64,000 nucleotides of DNA from Gemmatimonadota bacterium (GTDB lineage: Bacteria; Gemmatimonadota; Gemmatimonadetes; Palauibacterales; KS3-K002). The notes beneath the pieces are model-generated. The model did not search any database. It saw only the letters and a list, made by a program, of their open reading frames with translations, and was not told the origin of the DNA. Shown here piece after piece: positions 37,360 through 46,513 of the stretch (positions within the stretch are counted from its first letter, which is position 1; each line of letters begins with the position of its first letter). Position numbers and translations under genes: made by a program. Where the stretch lies: positions 9,408 to 73,407 of the forward strand of contig JBDHJS010000006.1 of NCBI GenBank assembly GCA_039586795.1, given 5' to 3'.

Positions 37360-38706
37360 TCACTCGAACAGCTTCTCGACGGCCTCCACGGCGTCCGGTC
37401 GGGCCAGCACAGTCACCCGGTCGCCGCTCCACAGCGTCGCCTCGCCCAGCGGCACGAACACCTCTTCGCCCCGCGTGATCGAGCCGACCAGGCTGTCGTC
37501 CGGGAAGTCGATGTCTTCCAACGTTTTGCCGGCCACCCGGGAGCCGGCCTCGACCTCGAACTCGATCACCTCAGCGTCCACGCCGCGCAACGCCGCTACG
37601 CCCGTCACACTGCCGCGCCGCACATACCGCAATATCGTGTTCACCGCCGAGAGCCGCGGCGAGACGGCCGCATCAATGCCGACTTTGCCAACCAGCGGGA
37701 TGTACTCGATCTTGTTGATCAGCGACACGACCTTCCGCACCCCTTTATCCTTCGCCAGCAAGCTGGACAGCATGTTCGTGTCGTCGTTGCCCGTCAGCAC
37801 CACGAAACCGTCCAGGCCGCCGACACCCTCCATCTCCAGCAGCTCCATATCCGTGGCGTTCCCATGCAGAATCAGTGTGCGCTTCAGCTTCTCGGCCAGC
37901 TTCGCCGCCTTCGCCTTGTCCGCTTCGATGATCGTCACCTCGACGCCCTGCTCCTCGAGCATCTGCGCCAGGAAGACCGCCGTGCGGCTGCCGCCCGCGA
38001 TCATCACCCGTTCCAGCCGGAACTCCTGGTAGCCCGCCAGCTCCAGCACCGTCGACATCTGCTGTGGGTCGCCGATGATGTAGGCCTTGTCGCCTTCCTC
38101 GAAGTGGTTGTCCCCCCGGGGCACGATCGTCTCTTCGCCGCGCTGGATCGCCGCCGTCAGAAAGCGGCGGTCGTGGATCCCCGAAGCCACATCGGCCAGC
38201 GTCTTGCCAACGATCGGCGCGTCCGGCTGCACCCGCAGCCCCATCATCTGCACCCGCCCGCTGGCGAAGAAGGCGATCTCCATCGCCGCCTCCGACTGCA
38301 GCAGCTGGAACGTCTCCCGGGCGCACTCCAGTTCCGGGTTGATCATCACGTCCACACCCTGCTGCGCGCTCCGCAGGCGGCTCACGTCCAGGAAGTAGTC
38401 GGGGTTAGAGACCCGGGCGACCTTCACCTTGAGATCGTACGGCGCCGCCGACATACAGGCGACCAGGTTGACCTCGTCCGCATTGGTCACCGCCGCCATC
38501 AGATCGGCCTTCGCGATCCCCGCTTCGTCCAGCACCGCCAGGCTCGCGCCGTTCCCGACCACCGTCATGATGTCCAACTGCTCCTGCGCGTTTTGAGCCC
38601 GCGCCGGATCCTCGTCCACCAGCACGATGTCGTGTCGACCCTCTTCCGATAGATGCTCGGCAAGGTGAAAACCGACCGCACCCGCGCCGACGATCAGTAT
38701 TCGCAT
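37360..38706 (-). CDS. trkA: Trk system NAD-binding component TrkA (tandem RCK domains)
   Basis: MRILIVGAGAVGFHLA and a second Rossmann motif MIAGGSRTAVFLA. TrkA_C domains are present. Confidence 0.85.
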   Translation of the reverse strand: MRILIVGAGAVGFHLAEHLSEEGRHDIVLVDEDPARAQNAQEQLDIMTVVGNGASLAVLDEAGIAKADLMAAVTNADEVNLVACMSAAPYDLKVKVARVSNPDYFLDVSRLRSAQQGVDVMINPELECARETFQLLQSEAAMEIAFFASGRVQMMGLRVQPDAPIVGKTLADVASGIHDRRFLTAAIQRGEETIVPRGDNHFEEGDKAYIIGDPQQMSTVLELAGYQEFRLERVMIAGGSRTAVFLAQMLEEQGVEVTIIEADKAKAAKLAEKLKRTLILHGNATDMELLEMEGVGGLDGFVVLTGNDDTNMLSSLLAKDKGVRKVVSLINKIEYIPLVGKVGIDAAVSPRLSAVNTILRYVRRGSVTGVAALRGVDAEVIEFEVEAGSRVAGKTLEDIDFPDDSLVGSITRGEEVFVPLGEATLWSGDRVTVLARPDAVEAVEKLFE

Positions 38707-39157
38707 GGATTGGGCGTCCTCTGCAGACTGTTGGCCGGGCGATCTATCTCATCGCCCATCACACCTACGACCGTTCAATTTGTACTTCGACTTTCCTTCC
38801 CGCCACCGGCTCTCCGGCTCAGGCGGAACGGTGGCGGAAGCGAACGGGTGAGAACCGGCAAGCTTTTCGGAAACATCAGTCGTCTTTGGCGGAATACTGT
38901 CCAATTCGCCGATCCCCTAAGCCCTTAGGAAACATGCGTTTAGGCTGGGCCGCCGTCTAATGCCCGCTACTCCAGTCACAATGACCGAATAATCATTACT
39001 CATTTTGGCTACAATTTGCAGTGCTCTATCCGCTAATTCCTTAAAAAATAACAGCTTACGCGACATGTCCGATATCGGTATGGATACTGCTAAGGATATA
39101 GGGCGCGAGAAAGCCATCATCGCCTCTCGTACAGAACAAACCAAGAGATAATCGCTT

Positions 39158-39769
39158 ATGTACCGGAGAACACAAAACAGCAAGGGCTTCACCCTGATCG
39201 AAATGGTCATTGTGGTAATGATTTTCGGTCTCATGGCGGCGATCACGATTCCGCGTGCCATGCGTGTCAGCCCCCGGCAGCAGGTCCATGCGGCGGCCCG
39301 CCAGGTGATGCGTGACCTGGAAGCTGCTCGGATGAGGGCCATCTCCGCGAAGCGCGTGGTCCGCATGAGCTTCTACCAGACGAAGGACTTCTACGCGGCG
39401 TACATGGATGTGTCCAAAGCTCGTAAGGGCAACATCGAGGAAACGGAAGAAGAGGCGCGTGCCTCGAGGTTCCTCGTCCGGGCGTCTGAGAGCGGAATCC
39501 CGGGCGCGGATCTTCCCAACGGCGTCGTTTTCGGGGGCGGCAATGCAACGGCGGGTCCGCTGGGCGAAGTGGTCAGCGACCCGATCCTATTCGACAGCGA
39601 TCTGGTGGAGTTTGACGCACGCGGCATGGTTCGGCCGATCAACGGAGTGCGGTCCGGCGGCGTGATAGTGCTGGTACACAAAGATGATCCCGAGATCGTC
39701 GCCGCAGTGACGGTGACCGGGTCGGGAGCGTTTCGTTCGTGGAACTGGCAGGACGGCAAGTGGAGGTAA
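39158..39769 (+). CDS. Type IV pilus / T2SS minor pseudopilin (GspH/FimT-like)
   Basis: Class III leader MYRRTQNSKG|FTLIEMVIVVMIFGLMAA, with a prepilin peptidase site and Glu+5. Confidence 0.7.
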   Translation: MYRRTQNSKGFTLIEMVIVVMIFGLMAAITIPRAMRVSPRQQVHAAARQVMRDLEAARMRAISAKRVVRMSFYQTKDFYAAYMDVSKARKGNIEETEEEARASRFLVRASESGIPGADLPNGVVFGGGNATAGPLGEVVSDPILFDSDLVEFDARGMVRPINGVRSGGVIVLVHKDDPEIVAAVTVTGSGAFRSWNWQDGKWR

Positions 39770-40182
39770 TGAAAGTGTTCCGGAAGATGAAATCGGAGGC
39801 CGGTATCGGCCTGATGAGCACGATGGTCGCGATGGTCCTTTTGGGGCTGGCGGTCACGGCGCTTTCCAGCTCCGGCATGATGGTCCTGGCGGTTCACACC
39901 GACTCTGCGGTACGCGCGACGGCGACGGCGTTGGCCGCGTCCTATCTCGAGGAGGTCAAGGCCCGTGATCCTCAGACCCTCGCCTCGGAGTCGGCGGCCA
40001 AGATCAACGAGGCCGGCATCGATGAGTCGACGGGCCCTTACATCAGGTCCCTCGAAGTAGCCGACGAGGACGGGCTCGCCTACACGAAGCGAGTCACCGT
40101 ACTGGTTCAGTATCCCCGCGGCAAAGGCCGCATGGGTCGAGTGGAGCTGGTCACGGTGATCTACGTGGGAGAAGAGCGATGA
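39769..40182 (+). CDS. PilV-like minor pilin
   Basis: MKVFRKMKSEAG|IGLMSTMVAMVLLGLAVTAL is a prepilin-like hydrophobic N-terminus, atypical in lacking Glu+5. Start at the internal Met at 39769. Confidence 0.5.
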   Translation: MKVFRKMKSEAGIGLMSTMVAMVLLGLAVTALSSSGMMVLAVHTDSAVRATATALAASYLEEVKARDPQTLASESAAKINEAGIDESTGPYIRSLEVADEDGLAYTKRVTVLVQYPRGKGRMGRVELVTVIYVGEER

Positions 40183-41159
40183 ACTCGCAGCGCTTGCTTC
40201 GCCTGGCGCTCCCCCGCGACAACAGGCTGTCCTCTGAAGGCTTCACCCTGGTCGAGGCGCTCATCGGCATGATGGTAGGCATCTTAGTCCTCGGCGCCAC
40301 CGTCGGGTTCTTGCTGACCCAGATGCGGACCCTCGGCGCTGGCGACGTGCGTGAGGACCTACACCGCAACGCGCGGTATATTGGCGTCTCGCTGCGCCAC
40401 GATGTGCAGGCTGCGGGCATCGAAATGAAGACGACCCACGACTTCGGGACGATGGCGGCGTACCCCGGCACCTACGGAGACACGCTGATCGTTCTTCACG
40501 TGCCCTACGTTCCCTCACCGGCGCCGCCCCACGACATCGATCCGCCGGCCGGGACCGACAATCCGCTCCCTGCGGGCGGTACCTGCGGCACGAACTGCAT
40601 CGACGTCACGAAAGAGTCGGGTGTGCAGCTCGAGCTGGTCCAGGGTGACCTTGCTCGCATGCAGATCGGTAGTACGCGACGGTTCATTCTGATTGAAAAG
40701 ATCGTCGCGACCAACGATACGTCGGTTGCCCTCACCTTCACGGCGCACGATACGATCCTCCGCAAGCCCGCCGGTCTCACCGGCGGCCTGCGACTCGACC
40801 GCTTCAGCACTTTTGTTCAGAAGGTCCAGCCGACCATCTACTGGGTGGACGACCAGAAGCGCCTCTGGCGCGCCGTGCGCCTCAACTCCAGCAGCAAGCC
40901 GGTGGGCCACATCCTGGCCTGGGGCGTCGAGTCTTTCGAGATCCGCCTGATCTTCGAGGACGGCGACGAGCTGGAGCAAGCCAACCCGTTCGATAGCGAC
41001 AACTCGAACGACTATGACGACGTCGTCGCCGTTCGGATCACGGCCACGCTGGCCGCCGACCGCACGGACCAGCGGGTGAACGGAGGGCAGCTGCTCAAGA
41101 AGTCGTACGAATGGGTAATCTCGCCCCGAAACCTGCGGTATGAGAGAAACAGGTTCTAA
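40179..41159 (+). CDS. PilW-like minor pilin
   Basis: ...LSSEG|FTLVEALIGMMVGILVLGA is a class III prepilin N-terminus. Length 326 aa. Confidence 0.65.
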   Translation: MNSQRLLRLALPRDNRLSSEGFTLVEALIGMMVGILVLGATVGFLLTQMRTLGAGDVREDLHRNARYIGVSLRHDVQAAGIEMKTTHDFGTMAAYPGTYGDTLIVLHVPYVPSPAPPHDIDPPAGTDNPLPAGGTCGTNCIDVTKESGVQLELVQGDLARMQIGSTRRFILIEKIVATNDTSVALTFTAHDTILRKPAGLTGGLRLDRFSTFVQKVQPTIYWVDDQKRLWRAVRLNSSSKPVGHILAWGVESFEIRLIFEDGDELEQANPFDSDNSNDYDDVVAVRITATLAADRTDQRVNGGQLLKKSYEWVISPRNLRYERNRF

Positions 41160-41195
41160 CGAACGAACTCGGCCCCAACCGAACTGGATTGAGAT

Positions 41196-43391
41196 ATGCG
41201 CATCAAGAGCTTCACAGACGAACGCGGCCTGGCGCTGATCGCCACGTTGCTGCTTCTGGCCCTGGTCGCCGTGCTGACGACGACGGCGCTCACCGGCGCC
41301 ATGAACGCGCTCCGTACGTCGGGCAGCGACTACCAGGACACGCGGGTCTTCTACGCCGCGGAAGCGGGCGCCGAGGCCACACTGGCCCAGCTGAAGGTCG
41401 CGCTGCTCGATGGGTACCTGTCGCCCGACGAGCTGACGAACATGAAGCCGCCAGATCTGAACGCCGTCGACTTCGACAGCTTCGCGGTGAACAAGGTTGG
41501 CGATGAGATCGTCGAGACGATCACCGACGGACCGTTCGCCGGGCTCTACGCGCTGACGCAGAACGTCGACATCTATTCCCGGGCCGCGAACGCGGCGGGC
41601 GATGTCTCAGCGGTCATTCTGCGCGCCAAGGCGCAGGCGATCCCCATCTTCCAGTTCGGCGTCTTCTTCGAGCAGGACCTCGAGGCTACCAACGGGCCGC
41701 CCATGGAGTTCGTGGGGCGCGTCCATTCGAACGGCAACATCTACCTGAGCTCGGACAACGCCTGGTACCGCGACCTGGTCACCACGCCCAACAAGATCAT
41801 CCACGACCGCAAGGACTTCCACAGCGTGAAGAACGGGGTGTACGTTAACGACTCCGGCGGCACCGAGGTCCCGTTGGACTTTGACAGCCGGACGCACGCG
41901 GACCCCGAAGCGTTCAAGGCGAAGAGCTGCGACAGGTTCGACTGCCGGGTGCAGACCGACGCCTTCGGGGTCGACTCGCTCTCTCTGCCGCTGCCCGATG
42001 GCGTGCCGCCCTACGAGTTGCTCATGCCACGCGAGAACAGCGATGTGGACGCGGAGCGCCAGGTGAAGTTCGCCTGGAACGCCGACATGTACATCGAGGT
42101 CGACCTGGGCAACATCAGCACCAAGGAGGACGTTTGCATGGGTGGCGGCCCCAAAAAGGACCCGGACGAGGTCGGCGGCGACCTGCAGGTCACCGCTCTG
42201 CAGAAGGTGGAACCGGGGGCGACCGTCCAGTTCAAGATCCTCAACGTGCCCTGCGGGGAGATCGATGACGTCGATGTCCAAATTACGGCCGACGGCGTCA
42301 CATTCTTTTCGGTCATTGACCTTCAGAACTGTATCTTCCAGGCCACCATCCCCATCGACGCCAACGACGTCGTCTTGACCGCCATTGGCGACGATGACGG
42401 TATCGGGACGGTGATGAACGGGAGCGCCTTCTGGTACGGGCTTCAGTACGTCAACGATCTCGCGCCCTGGCCGGCGACGACGATCACCCGCAGTTCGGGT
42501 GGTGACGTTCCGGCTGCTAAAGACATGTGCAACATGTTCTGGTGGGATTGGGCGAGCTTCTACGACGGGCGCGAAAAGGAGCTCAAAGATGTGCTCAACA
42601 TCGACATCGCCCAGATAGTCGCCTGGGCCGGCGGCTCGTCCTCCCGGAGCAGTGAGGTCATTTACGTCGAGATCAAGGTTCCCAATACGATCAATGGGTA
42701 CTCGCAAGAGACGCTGGACCTGATATTGGACGGGACACTCGATCCGGCGGTGCGCGTGCTCAACGGCCAGACGCTGCCGAATCCGATGTCGCTGGCCAGC
42801 GAATGGCCGCTCTACGTGAAGGGCGACTATAACCGCTTCGCGAAGAAGCCCGCCGCCCTGGCCGGCGACGGCATCACTATCCTGTCTAATGCTTGGGACG
42901 ATGCGAACAACAAGCCGCCCGGCGGTACCTACACCTCCTGTACGAACCAGACCGCTCCAAACTCTCCGTGTGCACACTACTTGACCTGGCAAGCCACCTG
43001 GACGAAGGGGCCGAGCCTCGAGACCTGGGTCAACGCGGCGATCCTCGCCGGGCACACGGCGACGCCGTGTGACCATGAAGATTCTTCCTGCATCGCCGAC
43101 GGCTCGAGCGCCTACTATACGGACTGGTACGGCGGCGGACTGGAGAACTTCCCACGCTTCCTCGAGCGCTGGTACAACACTAGCGGAGTTCGCCAGACGC
43201 TCCATTTCGTGGGCGCTCTGATCAGCCCGTTCACCAGCCAGAAGACGACCGGCACTTGGAACGGCAGCTACTACTCGCCGCCCCAGCGTGACTGGCAATT
43301 CGATACAGATTTCCAAGACCCGAGGCTCTTGCCGCCGGGCACGCCCAACGTGGGGTACGTCCTGCGAACCGCCATGAGAGAGGCATACTGA
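41196..43391 (+). CDS. Large PilX-N-terminal-domain protein (731 aa), candidate pilus tip/adhesin component
   Basis: RGLALIATLLLLALVAVLTTTALTGAMNALRTSGSDYQDTRVFYAAEAGAE is a PilX_N-type N-terminus. The N-terminal 300 aa and C-terminal 60 aa are near-identical to the downstream paralog. Confidence 0.6.
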   Translation: MRIKSFTDERGLALIATLLLLALVAVLTTTALTGAMNALRTSGSDYQDTRVFYAAEAGAEATLAQLKVALLDGYLSPDELTNMKPPDLNAVDFDSFAVNKVGDEIVETITDGPFAGLYALTQNVDIYSRAANAAGDVSAVILRAKAQAIPIFQFGVFFEQDLEATNGPPMEFVGRVHSNGNIYLSSDNAWYRDLVTTPNKIIHDRKDFHSVKNGVYVNDSGGTEVPLDFDSRTHADPEAFKAKSCDRFDCRVQTDAFGVDSLSLPLPDGVPPYELLMPRENSDVDAERQVKFAWNADMYIEVDLGNISTKEDVCMGGGPKKDPDEVGGDLQVTALQKVEPGATVQFKILNVPCGEIDDVDVQITADGVTFFSVIDLQNCIFQATIPIDANDVVLTAIGDDDGIGTVMNGSAFWYGLQYVNDLAPWPATTITRSSGGDVPAAKDMCNMFWWDWASFYDGREKELKDVLNIDIAQIVAWAGGSSSRSSEVIYVEIKVPNTINGYSQETLDLILDGTLDPAVRVLNGQTLPNPMSLASEWPLYVKGDYNRFAKKPAALAGDGITILSNAWDDANNKPPGGTYTSCTNQTAPNSPCAHYLTWQATWTKGPSLETWVNAAILAGHTATPCDHEDSSCIADGSSAYYTDWYGGGLENFPRFLERWYNTSGVRQTLHFVGALISPFTSQKTTGTWNGSYYSPPQRDWQFDTDFQDPRLLPPGTPNVGYVLRTAMREAY

Positions 43392-43424
43392 GCTCGTCAT
43401 AGACCTTAGAACGACATTCAACCC

Positions 43425-43465
43425 GCCCTTGGATCGCCAACCCGGCGATCCAAGGGCCTTTTTTT
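43425..43465 (+). terminator. Rho-independent terminator between the two large pilin-like paralogs
   Basis: GCCCTTGGATCGCC-AACCCG-GCGATCCAAGGGC followed by TTTTTTT. Confidence 0.7.
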
Positions 43466-43526
43466 CGGGGGCATCCAGGCTTCCCAGGGACCAGCAACAG
43501 TCCCGTCCGACAACCCGGAGATTTGT

Positions 43527-45782
43527 GTGATGGATTTATTGCCCAGTGTCACAGGGCTAAGGCTTTCGGCCAGGAAGCTCTGCCAGCGAACGGACGATCG
43601 CAGCGGACTGGCCCTTATTGCCACTTTGCTGCTGCTTGCGATGGTCGCAGTGCTCACGACCACGGCGCTCACCGGCGCGATGAACGCGCTGCGCACGGCC
43701 GGCAGCGACTATCAGGACACTCGGATCTTCTACGCGGCGGAAGCCGGCGCCGAGGGTACCTTGGCCCAGCTGAAGATCGCACTCGCCGACGGCTACCTGT
43801 CGCCCGACGAGCTGACGAACATGAAGCCGCCTCAATTCGACGGCATTGACTTCGACAGCTTTACGGTGAACAAGATCGGCGATGAGACGGTAGAGACGAT
43901 CACCGACGGTCCCTACGCGGGGCTGTTCGCCCTCACGCAGAACGTCGACATCTACTCTCATGCGTCAAACGCCGCCGGCGATATCTCGGCGGTCATCCTG
44001 CGGGCCAAGGCGCAGGCGATCCCGATCTTTCAGTTCGGCGTCTTCTTCGAGGGCGATTTGGAAGGCACGAACGGCCCACCGCTCCATATGGCGGGCCGTG
44101 TCCATTCGAATGGCAACATCTATCTCAGCTCCAGCAACGCGTGGTACCACGAGATGGTCACCACCCCCAACAAGGTGTTTCACGACCGAAAGGACCAGCA
44201 CTACGTGCGCAACGGCGTCTACATCGACGACTCCGGCGGCAACGCGGTACGACTCAACTTCGACAGCCGTTCGCATCCCGATCCCGAGGCCTTCAAGTCG
44301 GAAAGCTGTTCGAGATTCGACTGTCGCCTGCAAACCGATGCGTTCGACGTCGATTCTCTGAGCTTGCCCCTGCCGGACGGCGTCTTGCCCTACGAGCTGG
44401 TGCGGCCGCGTGAGGATAGTGACACCGACGCGGAACGCAACGTGAAGTTCGCCTGGAACGCCGACTTCTACCTCACCATAGACCTGGTGAACCTATCGAC
44501 GGAGGACGTCGAGTGTGGCAACGTGTCAGTGGTGCCGGATCCGGATGTCATCAACTCGGGCAACATAACGCTGACCGGCTCCGGGGCGCTTTGCCCGGGC
44601 GAACTCGTCACGTTCGTGGCCAGCCATCCCGACCTCGTCTGCGCGGATTTCGACTTTCGGGCGCTGCGCACTGTCGAGGCCGGCGGGAAGATAAATTCCG
44701 AGCCCATGGACGGCTGTCAATTCAAAGTGAATCTTCCGGACGGGGCGCCGACAGACATCAGGATCACGATCGAACTCAAGATGGCTGATTATCCGCAACT
44801 GAGTCAGGACGAACTGGCCGATGTCTTGTGGTTGCAGGACACGATCGACGCCAACTGCACGGGTGGCGCCACCCTGAGCAACGACCCGTGGCCGAACATG
44901 GTCGTTACGCGGGCGGGCGGGGAGTCGCCCGACAAGGCTGATCTGTGCTCGATCTTCCAGTGGGAGTGGTCGGACTTTTTCGATGGCCGCGAGAACGAGC
45001 TAAAGGACGTCCTGAACGTCGATCTCGCCGCGCTGAACGCATGGGTCACTGGCAACGCGCAACGTACGATCGAGATCCTCTACGTCGATTTCGTCGTGCC
45101 CGGCGATATCAAAAACTACAAACCGCTGACCAAGGACCTGTTGCCGGACGCGACGGTCGATCCGGCGCTGCGGCTCATCAACGGAAGCTCGCTCCCGAAC
45201 CGCATGACGATCGCCAACGAATGGCCGCTCTACATCCGGGGCAACCTGAACAGCGTCAACAAACAGCCGGCGGCCGTAACGGGGGATGGCATCACGATCC
45301 AGTCGAATGCTTGGCTAGATGCGAATAACCGTCCGCCCGAAAGCGTATTCACCGCCTGTAAAGGCATCGTTAGCGCCGGCAACGCTTGCCCCAAATACAC
45401 GGATTGGATGCCAACCTGGGCCATGCGAACCGCTTCGGAGACGACTGTGAACGCGGCCTTCCTCGGCGGTCACTGGGCGACGCCATGCGATCACGAGGAC
45501 GCGGGATGCGGCGGCGGCTACTACGACTTCTACGGCGGCGGCTTTCACAACTTCCCGCGCTTTGTCGAAGACTGGCTGCGTACAGTCAAGTTCCACTACA
45601 CAGGCGCCTTGATCAGTCCGTTCACTAGTCAGAAGACGACGGGCACCTGGAACCTGACCTACTACGAGCCGCCGGATCGCAACTGGGCGTTCGATACCGA
45701 CTTCCGCGACCCGAGGCTCCTGCCGCCCGGTACACCGAACGTCGGTTACGTGCTCCGTACCGCAATGCGCGAGGCCTATTAG
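43527..45782 (+). CDS. Large PilX-N-terminal-domain protein, tandem paralog (751 aa; start uncertain)
   Basis: SGLALIATLLLLAMVAVLTTTALTGAMNALRTAGSDYQD... and the identical C-terminal ...GTPNVGYVLRTAMREAY. The central region (about residues 320-520) is diverged from the upstream paralog. Confidence 0.6.
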   Translation: MMDLLPSVTGLRLSARKLCQRTDDRSGLALIATLLLLAMVAVLTTTALTGAMNALRTAGSDYQDTRIFYAAEAGAEGTLAQLKIALADGYLSPDELTNMKPPQFDGIDFDSFTVNKIGDETVETITDGPYAGLFALTQNVDIYSHASNAAGDISAVILRAKAQAIPIFQFGVFFEGDLEGTNGPPLHMAGRVHSNGNIYLSSSNAWYHEMVTTPNKVFHDRKDQHYVRNGVYIDDSGGNAVRLNFDSRSHPDPEAFKSESCSRFDCRLQTDAFDVDSLSLPLPDGVLPYELVRPREDSDTDAERNVKFAWNADFYLTIDLVNLSTEDVECGNVSVVPDPDVINSGNITLTGSGALCPGELVTFVASHPDLVCADFDFRALRTVEAGGKINSEPMDGCQFKVNLPDGAPTDIRITIELKMADYPQLSQDELADVLWLQDTIDANCTGGATLSNDPWPNMVVTRAGGESPDKADLCSIFQWEWSDFFDGRENELKDVLNVDLAALNAWVTGNAQRTIEILYVDFVVPGDIKNYKPLTKDLLPDATVDPALRLINGSSLPNRMTIANEWPLYIRGNLNSVNKQPAAVTGDGITIQSNAWLDANNRPPESVFTACKGIVSAGNACPKYTDWMPTWAMRTASETTVNAAFLGGHWATPCDHEDAGCGGGYYDFYGGGFHNFPRFVEDWLRTVKFHYTGALISPFTSQKTTGTWNLTYYEPPDRNWAFDTDFRDPRLLPPGTPNVGYVLRTAMREAY

Positions 45783-45944
45783 TCCGTTTTCCCGAAGTAT
45801 CGGCTGGACGCACGGGGCCGTCGCAAGACGGCCCCATTTGCATCTGGCTTGCTGACCCGTCGTCGACCGAACGGACACTTCCCTGGAGAGAGCGCCGTGC
45901 CTATTCTTGGGTCGAACACTGTCCGGACGGCCTGCCGTCCGCCG

Positions 45945-46018
45945 GGGCCCGTAGCTCAGTTGGTCAGAGCAGCCGACTCATAATCGGTAGGTCGCAGGTT
46001 CGAGTCCTGCCGGGCCCA
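45945..46018 (+). tRNA. tRNA with CAT anticodon, most similar to tRNA-Ile2 (lysidine) / elongator Met
   Basis: GGGCCCG acceptor and anticodon loop CTCATAA. The body resembles E. coli tRNA-Ile2 (…GGCGACTCATAATCGC…GGTCGCTGGTTCAAGTCC…). Confidence 0.7.
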
Positions 46019-46040
46019 CTCGCCTTCACCGGAGCGCTCG

Positions 46041-46400
46041 ATGCCCGTCAACGTTCGCCGCTTCCTCTACAGCATGCTCGCCACGCTCGGCGTCATCATG
46101 ATGGTGCCCCTCACCATCAACGTGGCCCGCTTACAATCGGCGCTCGAGCAGTTCGACCCGCTGGCAACGGACGGGCTGGGGCTCGATCCCGAGGTCTCCG
46201 CCTGGCTCGGTGGTCTCTGGCTGCTCTTCCTGGCCGGCACTTGTGTCTCCGTCGGGTTCCTCTACCTGGCCCTCTCAACCGGCCATCTCAAGGGCTGGCG
46301 CCCCGTCGGGAACGGGGAACCCCGCTGCGCGCGCTGCGGCAGCCCGTTGGCCATGGGGCTCGAGCGCTGCGGCACCTGCGACCAGCGGCTGTCCTGGTGA
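46041..46400 (+). CDS. Hypothetical small membrane protein with a C-terminal CxxC-x9-CxxC zinc ribbon
   Basis: Two TM segments, then RCARCGSPLAMGLERCGTCDQRLSW. Confidence 0.4.
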   Translation: MPVNVRRFLYSMLATLGVIMMVPLTINVARLQSALEQFDPLATDGLGLDPEVSAWLGGLWLLFLAGTCVSVGFLYLALSTGHLKGWRPVGNGEPRCARCGSPLAMGLERCGTCDQRLSW

Positions 46401-46513
46401 CCGCCAGGCCCGACAGCCTACGCCGCTCAGCGGTCCCAGCATTGACAATAGCCCCCACCCCGTCCACGTTTCGGCGTTTCGAATCAGCCATACGATAGAA
46501 AGACAGGAGCAGG

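Noticed and set aside
38998-39012. Sigma54-like TGGCTACAATTTGCA upstream of the pilin operon
   Set aside because: Only 9 nt lie between the GG and GC dinucleotides, whereas sigma54 promoters require 10. It could be chance in an AT-rich region.
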